Source: Candidatus Latescibacterota bacterium (GTDB taxonomy: Bacteria; Latescibacterota; UBA2968; GCA-2709665). From it: a DNA stretch of 64,000 nucleotides. Under the pieces are notes generated by a model, which saw only the letters and a program-made list of their open reading frames with translations, had not been told where the DNA came from and ran no database searches. Numbering within the stretch: position 1 is the stretch's first letter; every line of letters starts with the position of its first letter. The translations under genes and the position numbers were made by a program. The stretch spans positions 5,120,001 through 5,184,000 of the forward strand of contig OZ244744.1 of assembly GCA_965219455.1 (NCBI GenBank). The letters are read 5' to 3'. Below, one piece after another: positions 49,287-57,846 of the stretch.

Positions 49287-52064
49287 ATGCCCAGAGTAAA
49301 ACGAAAACGCACCACCAAGACCGTCGAGAGTCTCCGCCACCAGGACGCATCGCGGAAGAATATCCCCACCGCAGAGTATCAGGCGGTGATGGCGGAAGAC
49401 GACCGTAGCCCGATCGGAGTCGCGTACGAGCGGCGCAACCGGGATCTGGACCCACAGCTTGTCTGGCGGGGGAAGGATGAGCAGAACTGGTCGGATCTGG
49501 TGGTGCAAGCGCCGCCGTTGTTCATACAGGAGAAGGTCCAACCAAAGGTGCTCATCGACGACTTGCGCCAGCGGAGTAAGGAGTCGGATACGAAAAATGG
49601 CGATTCCGAATCCCAAGCCGACCTCTTCGCGGATTTCAATGGGTTGCCGAGCGCGGACGCTCAGACGGAGTTTTACAAACACGATGCCAACTGGTCGAAC
49701 CGAATGATCCTCGGAGACAGCTTGCAGGTGATGGCGTCGCTGGGCGATCGGGAAGCGCTGCGAGGCAAGGTGCAGTGCATATACATCGATCCGCCGTATG
49801 GGATCAAATTCAACTCCAACTTCCAGTGGTCAACGACCAGCCGCGACGTAAAGGACGGAAAAGCAGAACACATTACACGCGAGCCGGAACAGGTGAAGGC
49901 CTTTAGGGATACGTGGCGTGACGGGATTCACTCGTATCTTACTTACCTGCGGGATCGGCTGGCCGTCGCGCGGGATTTATTGACGGAAAGCGGGTCGGTC
50001 TTTGTACAGATTGGCGACGAGAATATGCATCGAGTGCGGGCGTTGATGGACGAGGTGTTCGGGGAGGAGAATTTCGTTAGTTTGATTTCCTATTCGACGA
50101 CGACCGGCAGAACCTCTTCCTTCGTACCAAACGTGACCGATTACGTTCTCTGGTTTGCAATGAACTCAGAAATCGCGAAATACAGAACTTTATTTGGGGT
50201 TCCAAAACCAAAGGAACATCTGATTGTCGAAAGCGATGATTCGTACCAGCTTAGAGATTTGACGTCACAGGGCGCTGCCAGCAAGCCACAGCCTTTCGTC
50301 TTTCAGAATGAGATCTTTCATCCTTCCGCAGCTCGCCACTGGAGCAATGACCATTTGAACGGTATGCCTAGATTGGTTAGAGCTGGACGGATCGTCAAAG
50401 TTAGCGACACGCAGATTCGAGCAAAGATATTTGACAAGGAACGAGTGGCGACGCCACTTACTAATCGATGGCTGGACACTCAATTTGGTGCCTTCGCAAG
50501 GGATAAGATCTATGTCGTGCAGACTGCTACGAAGGTTGTCCAACGCTGCATACTAATGACCACGGACCCCGGCGATCTCGTTCTAGACCCCACCTGCGGT
50601 TCCGGAACCACTGCATATGTTGCCGAACAATGGGGCCGACGCTGGATCACCATCGACACCTCTCGCGTCGCTCTTGCGCTCGCCCGCGCCCGCATCATGG
50701 GCGCGCGCTACCCCTACTACCTGCTTGCCGACAGCAGAGAAGGGCAGATAAAGGAAGCCGCGCTCGCCCGCAAGGCCCCGTTGGAAGCGCCCACGTACAG
50801 CGACATCCGTCAGGGCTTCGTGTACGAGCGCGTCCCCCACATCACCCTCAAGTCCATCGCCAACAACGCCGAAATCGACGTAATCTGGGAGAAATTCCAA
50901 GAAACGCTGGAGCCGCTAAGGGAACAGTTGTCAGTGGTCAGTGGCCAGTGGTCAGGAGGCGACGAAGGGACACATGACACTGGCCGGCCATTGGAAGAGT
51001 GGGAAGTGCCGCGTGAGAAGCCGGAAGACTGGCCACCGGCCACTCAACCACTGCTCACTGAATTCTGGGAACAGCGCATCGCGAGACAAAGGGAAATCGA
51101 CGCGTCGATCGCTGCAAAGGCGGATTACGAGTATCTTTACGACAAGCCTTACGAGGACAAGAAAAAGGTCCGCGTCGCGGGTCCTTTCACGGTAGAGAGT
51201 CTGTCGCCGCACCGACTTCTTGGTGTCGATGAAGATGACGCATTGATTGATAATGTCGCAGAAGGAAAGCTTGGCTATAGCCCAAAGCAGGACTTCGCGG
51301 GGAAAATCCTTGAGAATCTAAAGACCTCCGGAGTACAACAGGCGCACAAGGAGGACCGAATATCCTTTTCCGGAATGAGACCCTGGCCCGGCAATCTCGT
51401 TTGCGCTGAGGGTTCTTACGTCGAAGGCGACTCGAGGTACGGCACCGAAAAACGCGCGGGTATCTTTGTCGGACCGGAATTCGGAACGGTGTCCCGTCCC
51501 GATCTCGTTGAGGCTGCTCGGGAGGCAGCTGATGCTGACTTCGACGTGCTGATCGCCTGCGCCTTCAATTATGACGCACACGCCTCTGACTTCAACAGCG
51601 TAGGCCGCGTCCCGATCCTGAAGGCCCGCATGAATGCTGACCTCCACATGGCGGAAGACTTAAAGAACACGGGACAAGGAAACCTCTTTGTTATTTTCGG
51701 CGAACCCGATATAGATATCCTTGAAGCGGAAGACGGACAGATTCAGGTAAGAGTAAACGGTGTCGATGTATTTCACCCCAATACCGGCGAGGTGCGTAGC
51801 GACAATGCCGACGGGATAGCCTGCTGGTTTGTCGACACTGACTACAACGAGGAGAGCTTCTTCGTTCGCCAGGCCTACTTCCTCGGCGCAAACAACCCCT
51901 ATGAATCCCTCAAGACCACCCTCAAAGCCGAAATCAATCAGGAAGCCTGGGAAACGCTACATAGCGACACATCCCGGCCTTTTCCCAAGCCGTCATCCGG
52001 ACGGATTGCGGTAAAGGTAATCAATCACCTTGGAGATGAGGTGATGAAGGTGTTTCGGGTATAG
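49287..52064 (+). CDS. mod: Type III DNA methyltransferase Mod (beta class)
   Basis: YIDPPYG (motif IV), variable TRD, LDPTCGSGTT (motif I), IAVKVIN. Confidence 0.92.
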   Translation: MPRVKRKRTTKTVESLRHQDASRKNIPTAEYQAVMAEDDRSPIGVAYERRNRDLDPQLVWRGKDEQNWSDLVVQAPPLFIQEKVQPKVLIDDLRQRSKESDTKNGDSESQADLFADFNGLPSADAQTEFYKHDANWSNRMILGDSLQVMASLGDREALRGKVQCIYIDPPYGIKFNSNFQWSTTSRDVKDGKAEHITREPEQVKAFRDTWRDGIHSYLTYLRDRLAVARDLLTESGSVFVQIGDENMHRVRALMDEVFGEENFVSLISYSTTTGRTSSFVPNVTDYVLWFAMNSEIAKYRTLFGVPKPKEHLIVESDDSYQLRDLTSQGAASKPQPFVFQNEIFHPSAARHWSNDHLNGMPRLVRAGRIVKVSDTQIRAKIFDKERVATPLTNRWLDTQFGAFARDKIYVVQTATKVVQRCILMTTDPGDLVLDPTCGSGTTAYVAEQWGRRWITIDTSRVALALARARIMGARYPYYLLADSREGQIKEAALARKAPLEAPTYSDIRQGFVYERVPHITLKSIANNAEIDVIWEKFQETLEPLREQLSVVSGQWSGGDEGTHDTGRPLEEWEVPREKPEDWPPATQPLLTEFWEQRIARQREIDASIAAKADYEYLYDKPYEDKKKVRVAGPFTVESLSPHRLLGVDEDDALIDNVAEGKLGYSPKQDFAGKILENLKTSGVQQAHKEDRISFSGMRPWPGNLVCAEGSYVEGDSRYGTEKRAGIFVGPEFGTVSRPDLVEAAREAADADFDVLIACAFNYDAHASDFNSVGRVPILKARMNADLHMAEDLKNTGQGNLFVIFGEPDIDILEAEDGQIQVRVNGVDVFHPNTGEVRSDNADGIACWFVDTDYNEESFFVRQAYFLGANNPYESLKTTLKAEINQEAWETLHSDTSRPFPKPSSGRIAVKVINHLGDEVMKVFRV
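50925..51060. repeat. Imperfect heptamer tandem repeats and a complementary degenerate array inside mod
   Basis: CAGTTGT CAGTGGT CAGTGGC CAGTGGT (50925-50952); ACTGGCC ACCGGCC ACTCAACC ACTGCTC ACTG (51028-51060). Confidence 0.65.
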
Positions 52065-52167
52065 ACTATTAACTGACAGGAACCGGCGAACACATGCATC
52101 GGGATTTCCGAGCGACCTGGTGCACTAGCCGCAAAGGGTTCATTTGTCACAAAACATAGCGCGACGG

Positions 52168-55155
52168 ATGCCGACAAGGGATGAACTCTACCTAGCCTAC
52201 AGACAAGCGAAAGTGGCGCTGTTTTTTGAGCGCCGTGGCGTTGGGCTAGTTGAATTAGCGCGTTTCGAGCGAAATTTGGGAAGAAGGCTTGACGAGTTGG
52301 CGTCGCGATTGGCGGACAACGGCGGCTGGTTCGATGGGCTGCCTGAGGGGGAAGTCTGGGTCGTGCCGAAGAAACTTAGGTTGAATGTTGACGACAACAT
52401 TGGCTACATTGGTGGTAAGCCGTCGAATAATACGATTAGAGGATTGGACGTTCAGATTCGCTACACGCCGAGCCCGGAGTGTGCGATTGTAGAGGTACTG
52501 TTTTTGTGGCAATTTGGCCCGATTCTTGAATCACTTCTATCTAAAAGTGCTCTCGGCTACCGGCTAGAACTTCAAAGCGGACGCATTAGTAAAACCCGTA
52601 GATGGCTGTTCGAATACTGGCCAAAGCGGTATGAAGAGTTCCGAACTATACCGATTGACGTTGCCACGCAAGAGATATCGAAGGGTCATTCGGTTGTTCT
52701 TCTCTGTGCGGACCTTACGAGCTTCTACGATACCGTGGACCCATCATTTCTTCTCAACGATGACTTTGTTGGCGAACTCGAAGAGTCCGTGTCTTCATCA
52801 TTGGAGAATTCGAACCTCCGAATTTCACAGTATCGCTCTGCTGCAGCCTCGCTTCTTCGATTCTATCGCAGGTTTCAACATCGTGCCGCACGCCGGACAG
52901 GTCTTAGTTGGACTACAGGTATTCCGATTGGTGCGCTTACGAGTCGCCTAGTGGCGAACCTGGCATTATCCAATCTAGACCAGTCCATTGAAAAGCGGCC
53001 GAACACGCGATGTTACAAGCGATACGTCGATGACTTAGCGATTCTCGCCCGTGTAGAAGGGGATCAGTCTCGTGATGTGGATCAGGTCATTCTCGATCAT
53101 ATACCCCATCTACATACCGAGAATTCAACGTTTCGTATCGATGAGAGTGCGATTAAGAGACCGGGTTCTGAATTTCGAATTCAAAGGGCAAAGTGTAAGG
53201 CGTACTACCTTTCTGATGTTTCAGGTAGTGATTTCCTCGCAAGTGTACGCAGGGATTTTGGACGCTTGGTAAGTGGCAGCCGCGCGTTCTTGGATCCGAC
53301 GATTTTTCACGAAAACGGACAACAAAGTCTACTTCACGTTGGACCGCCAGGGCGTCCTCTGACAGTCTTACGTGAAGCGGACCGGACTCGCCTCGAACAT
53401 TTCGAGCTTGCTACAAGGCTACGTTCACTAGAGCGAGCTACCATTCTTGCTGAGAGAGATAGTGCGAGTGGATTGGTAAAGCGGGCCTTGGATGAGACCA
53501 TTCGCTTCTTAAGTAGCGAAGTCGATTGGGTAGAGAATTTAGACGTGGCTCTTCGTATGTTAAGGTTAGGGATTCGTGCACGCGACTGGGAACACACAGA
53601 TGATCTGTATAGCTACATGGACGATATTTGGATTGATGTGGAGAAACTCCGAGGTGCAGCAGGAAGACTCTTCCATCGAGACAGGGAAATTACGTTGTCC
53701 AACAGTTGGGTGTGGCTTCGAAATTATCTACATACAATGAGAATCGAGGCGATATGCAGCGTCTTGTCGCCACATTATCCTGATTCGCCGCCAAGGTGGC
53801 TTCGCAGTGGCGTCTTGAATCGGACTCGAACCATTCAGTGGAGTACGCTACTCGCGCGGGCGAGGTTACTTGCGGCTGCCGACCTTAGAGCGTTTGATCG
53901 GGAGGACGACGCCTTTGACGACGCCTCCAACAATGTACGCTTGCAGAACGATGGCTTTGGCAACTACGATGCGGAACTCAGACAGCGCTTTAGTCTTGTC
54001 AACGAATTCGTTGAGATATGTCGACGGCTTGACGATAGGCCATGGATTATGTCACCAGTTCGTTTGTTTTTGTCTACTCGTCCGCCTTCGTACTTTGATG
54101 TAGCACGTCGTGTATTGTACCGGACCGAAGCTGGTCTGCGTTCTGAAGTATTCACCGAATTACTGGAAATGGTCAATGCGATTCGTGGCACTCAGTACTC
54201 CGATCCAGTTGGCGAGGTAATCGATGATTACACGGTCCATATACCCGGAAGGCTCGAATTAGGCGATGATGATTTCGCCAACCCGCAACTCATTTTGGGT
54301 AATCTGGTATTGTCGGAAGAATTCTTCACGCGAGCGGCGACTCGAAAGTCCGCGTCGAACACTGGTGATCCAGTACTGACAGTGGAGCGACTCCGGGACT
54401 TAACTGAGATTCTAGCCAAGAGTTACGAATTAGCACAACGCCATCAACCCTCTCCAAGCCTGCTTGTTCTACCAGAATTATCGCTTCCCCGTGCTTGGTT
54501 CCGCGAAGTTGCTACCCATGTCTCCAAGTATGGTAGCTTTGGTCTAATCGTCGGACTCGAATATCTACATCGTCCAAGTGATCGTTTAGTATTCAACCAG
54601 GTATACGCGGTTATACCTGGTCCATTTAAATCGACGGCTACTTGGCCTTGGACAAAGGAATTTCCCGCGAGAGAGGAATTTACGAAACTCAATGAACTAA
54701 ACGTCTCGTTCGAAAAAAGGGATAATCGCGAGTCACGACCCCGTACGGTCGTCGAAAGCCAGTACGGCAGCATTTCAGTATTGATTTGCAGTGAATTGAT
54801 TGAGGCGTACCGAATCTCTGATCTTGCAGGGCGGGTCGAAGTCGTCGCTGTACCTGCGTGGAACAAAGACACGTCATCCTACGACCACCTGATACAAACG
54901 GCGGGTTTGCAACTTAATGCAATCATTGGTGTCGCCAATAACGGACACTATTCCGATTGCAGAGCTTGGGCACCAAAACGAACTCGCTGGGAGAGAGATT
55001 TGTGCCGTCTTGTTGAACGGGACACAAACGCAGTTATTGCGGTCACTTTGCCATTGGAATCGCTTCGTGAATGGCGTTATTCTGCCCACTCTGGGGGATT
55101 GTCGGACGAGTCGGAGTGGCGACCACTCCCCCCAGATTGGCGACTCTTGTATTAG
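52168..55155 (+). CDS. Defence-associated reverse transcriptase fused to a C-terminal nitrilase (C-N hydrolase) domain; DRT1/UG1-, UG5- or UG6-like
   Basis: RT motifs ADLTSFYDTV, GIPIG...S...AN, RYVDD; nitrilase triad contexts LPELSLP, WTKEFPAREE, LICSEL; ATG 52168 (ORF open from TTG 52144). Confidence 0.9.
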   Translation: MPTRDELYLAYRQAKVALFFERRGVGLVELARFERNLGRRLDELASRLADNGGWFDGLPEGEVWVVPKKLRLNVDDNIGYIGGKPSNNTIRGLDVQIRYTPSPECAIVEVLFLWQFGPILESLLSKSALGYRLELQSGRISKTRRWLFEYWPKRYEEFRTIPIDVATQEISKGHSVVLLCADLTSFYDTVDPSFLLNDDFVGELEESVSSSLENSNLRISQYRSAAASLLRFYRRFQHRAARRTGLSWTTGIPIGALTSRLVANLALSNLDQSIEKRPNTRCYKRYVDDLAILARVEGDQSRDVDQVILDHIPHLHTENSTFRIDESAIKRPGSEFRIQRAKCKAYYLSDVSGSDFLASVRRDFGRLVSGSRAFLDPTIFHENGQQSLLHVGPPGRPLTVLREADRTRLEHFELATRLRSLERATILAERDSASGLVKRALDETIRFLSSEVDWVENLDVALRMLRLGIRARDWEHTDDLYSYMDDIWIDVEKLRGAAGRLFHRDREITLSNSWVWLRNYLHTMRIEAICSVLSPHYPDSPPRWLRSGVLNRTRTIQWSTLLARARLLAAADLRAFDREDDAFDDASNNVRLQNDGFGNYDAELRQRFSLVNEFVEICRRLDDRPWIMSPVRLFLSTRPPSYFDVARRVLYRTEAGLRSEVFTELLEMVNAIRGTQYSDPVGEVIDDYTVHIPGRLELGDDDFANPQLILGNLVLSEEFFTRAATRKSASNTGDPVLTVERLRDLTEILAKSYELAQRHQPSPSLLVLPELSLPRAWFREVATHVSKYGSFGLIVGLEYLHRPSDRLVFNQVYAVIPGPFKSTATWPWTKEFPAREEFTKLNELNVSFEKRDNRESRPRTVVESQYGSISVLICSELIEAYRISDLAGRVEVVAVPAWNKDTSSYDHLIQTAGLQLNAIIGVANNGHYSDCRAWAPKRTRWERDLCRLVERDTNAVIAVTLPLESLREWRYSAHSGGLSDESEWRPLPPDWRLLY

Positions 55156-55156
55156 G

Positions 55157-55454
55157 CGTGAGTCAGTGACTGCACGATGGCGACCACCCAGATCTTCGTC
55201 TATCATTTGGCGGGTGTGTATCGCACGTGCGGCTCGACGTCAGTTATTGATTCTCGGTCGCGATAAATGTCGCCGACTGTGAAAACAACTGGATGGGCGG
55301 GCCCCTAATACCGAACCGCGGACTTCCATTGAGTATGTGTGACAGCGGCACCATCATGACTAGATGGTGTCGGCCGAATCGTGCGCGACGTGTATGCCGG
55401 CCCTCGACGAATACAGTAGCGCTTGATTCGCTATCGTGTTACTTGTCATTGTAT
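55157..55454 (+). ncRNA. Candidate structured ncRNA directly downstream of the RT-nitrilase gene
   Basis: At least six consecutive stem-loops seen by eye in a ~370-bp gap with no convincing ORF. Confidence 0.45.
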
Positions 55455-55525
55455 CAAAGGCCAAGTGGATCCGAACGCCGAAGTTGAAAGCACATTAGCT
55501 GAAAAAGCAAGTGTCGAGACTTGAG

Positions 55526-57595
55526 ATGGAATTCCGAATAGCAGACACATTTACCGACAGCCTCGCAAGCCTGACGGGAAACGAACAAAAGGCCGTGAAG
55601 ACCACGGCCTTTGATTTGCAGATGAATCCGGCCCAGCCTGGATTGAAATTCCACAGGGTTGACAGAGCCAAAGACCCGAACTTCTGGTCCGTTCGCGTCA
55701 ATCGGGACGTTCGAATCATTGTGCATCGGACACCCAAGAGTCTGATGATGTGCTACGTGGATCACCACGACAACGCTTACAAGTGGGCCGAAAAGCGTAA
55801 ATTGGAAGTCCATCCAAGAACCGGAGCAGCGCAATTGGTCGAAGTAAAGGAGACGGTCAAGGAAGTTGTCGTACCGGTGTATGTGGAAGCGGCACAGAAA
55901 CCCCCGGTCAAGCCGCTCCTGTTCGCCGAGACCCCGGAAGAAGATCTCTTGCGGTATGGTGTCCCTCCGGAATGGCTTGATGACGTACGTAACGCGAATG
56001 AAGACAGTCTGTTAGACCTTTCTGAACATCTGCCCGACGAAGCGACCGAGGCGCTGTTACAGATCGCCGTTGGGGAAACGCCGAAGCCCGTTGCGCCGGT
56101 GGTAACCGGAGATCCTTTTGAACACCCAGACGCAAAGCGGCGCTTCCACGCGATTTCAAACGAGGATGAGCTCGAGGTTGCGCTCGACTTTCCGTGGGCG
56201 AAATGGGCGGTTTTTCTGCATCCGACGCAGCGGAAGATTGTGGAGCGTGACTACAACGGTCCCTTCAGGGTCTCCGGACCCGCTGGCACAGGCAAGACCG
56301 TTGTTGCGATTCACAGGGCTGTTAACCTGGCACGCAACAATCCGGACGCTCGGATTCTGCTCACGACTTTCTCGGACACGTTGGCGGATTTTCTCCGTTC
56401 GCGAGTGACGCGGCTGATTCGCAATGAACCGCGACTCATGGAGCGCCTGGAAGTCGCCGCGATTCATCAAGTCTGCGAGCGACTCTACAAGGCGCAGTTT
56501 GGTGTCGCAGAAATTGCGACAATGGAGGTCGTTCGAAAGTTCCTCGCTGCACAAACAAAAAAAAAGGAGTCGTATCGATTTTCTGTCCCGTTCCTGATGG
56601 ACGAGTGGGAGAACGTCGTTGACGCATGGCAGTTGGATAGCTGGGAGGCCTATCGCGATGTCAGACGACTCGGGCGAAAGCCGCGTCTGCCCATCGAGCA
56701 ACGATCGAGGCTGTGGGGTATATTTGAGGGTGTCAAGGGCGAGTTGAAGAAAAAGGGGATAATCACCCGGTCAGCCATGTGTGGCAAACTGGCAGATGGA
56801 CTCACCGAGCGTCGCCATCCACCGTATGATTTCATTGTCGTGGATGAGGCTCAGGAAATCGGCGTCACCCAACTTCGTCTTCTGGCAGCAATGGGTGGCC
56901 AAAGGCCGAATGGCCTCTTCTTCGCAGGCGACCTCGGGCAACGGATTTTTCAGGCGCCGTTTTCCTGGAAGGCAGCTGGGGTCGATATCCGTGGGAGATC
57001 CGAGACACTAACGTTGAATTATAGAACGTCCCATCAGATCAGGATGCAGGCGGATCGACTCCTGGGATCGGAAGTCGCCGACGTGGACGGTAACGTCGAC
57101 GATCGCCGGGGGACGGTCTCGGCGTTTAATGGCGAACCACCTGAAATAACCTTGTTCGATAATGTGCAGCAGGAGGGTCAGGCCGTCGGAGATTGGCTGA
57201 AAGCGTTGGAGGACAAGGGGATCGATGCCGGTGAGATGGGCGTATTTGTTCGATCAGCCGCGGAACTGGACCGAGCGCGTGAGGCCGTACGGGAATCGGG
57301 ATATTCGTTCCAGATTCTGGATGAATGCAGTGAGTTGGCCGCCGGTCAGGTGTCGGTTGCGACGATGCATCTTGCCAAGGGGCTGGAGTTTCGAGCCGTT
57401 GCCGTCATGGCGTGTGACGATGAAGTGATACCACGACAGGAGCGCATTGAAACCGTCGCGGATGACGCGGACCTTGAGGAAGTCTACAACACGGAGAGAC
57501 ACCTGCTGTATGTTGCGTGCACACGCGCCCGTGACTACCTGATGGTTTCCGGCGTCAAGCCCGCTTCCGAATTCCTCGATGACCTGGGAGAATAA
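55526..57595 (+). CDS. UvrD/REP-like SF1 helicase with an N-terminal RelE-like domain
   Basis: GPAGTGKT, VDEAQ, GDLGQRIF, NYR, AKGLEF, LYVACTRAR; N-terminus PGLKFHR...WSVRVNRDVRIIV. Confidence 0.88.
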   Translation: MEFRIADTFTDSLASLTGNEQKAVKTTAFDLQMNPAQPGLKFHRVDRAKDPNFWSVRVNRDVRIIVHRTPKSLMMCYVDHHDNAYKWAEKRKLEVHPRTGAAQLVEVKETVKEVVVPVYVEAAQKPPVKPLLFAETPEEDLLRYGVPPEWLDDVRNANEDSLLDLSEHLPDEATEALLQIAVGETPKPVAPVVTGDPFEHPDAKRRFHAISNEDELEVALDFPWAKWAVFLHPTQRKIVERDYNGPFRVSGPAGTGKTVVAIHRAVNLARNNPDARILLTTFSDTLADFLRSRVTRLIRNEPRLMERLEVAAIHQVCERLYKAQFGVAEIATMEVVRKFLAAQTKKKESYRFSVPFLMDEWENVVDAWQLDSWEAYRDVRRLGRKPRLPIEQRSRLWGIFEGVKGELKKKGIITRSAMCGKLADGLTERRHPPYDFIVVDEAQEIGVTQLRLLAAMGGQRPNGLFFAGDLGQRIFQAPFSWKAAGVDIRGRSETLTLNYRTSHQIRMQADRLLGSEVADVDGNVDDRRGTVSAFNGEPPEITLFDNVQQEGQAVGDWLKALEDKGIDAGEMGVFVRSAAELDRAREAVRESGYSFQILDECSELAAGQVSVATMHLAKGLEFRAVAVMACDDEVIPRQERIETVADDADLEEVYNTERHLLYVACTRARDYLMVSGVKPASEFLDDLGE

Positions 57596-57707
57596 CCTCG
57601 GCAAAGGGTAAATTGTCTCGTTAAATTAGGCACAGAGGGGTAGAAGGTCTCGAACGTGAGGTGGAGATGGCAGAAAAAAGATCTGGTCTTCCGTATGTAT
57701 GGGTGAC
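57374..57707 (+). repeat. ~334-bp direct repeat, copy 1 (helicase 3' end + spacer + first codons of the nuclease gene)
   Basis: Near-identical to 59690-60022. Confidence 0.92.
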
Positions 57708-57846
57708 CCCTACGTGCCAATATAGAGTGAGACAACTCTCCATCCGAGTTTATCGCATATTGGAAGGTGGAGATGCGAACGTGAAATGAGGTTTCGAAGG
57801 ATCAACTAGCTGATTAGGCGAGACGAATCCTGGAGGTGGAAAGTTA

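Noticed and set aside
52144-55155. Group II intron, retron or DGR interpretation of the RT
   Set aside because: C-terminal nitrilase instead of maturase/HNH; no retron VTG motif noticed; no TR/VR pair with adenine-specific differences
55293-55487. 64-aa ORF as a DRT1b-like membrane partner
   Set aside because: No hydrophobic segment or RBS; overlaps the predicted stem-loops
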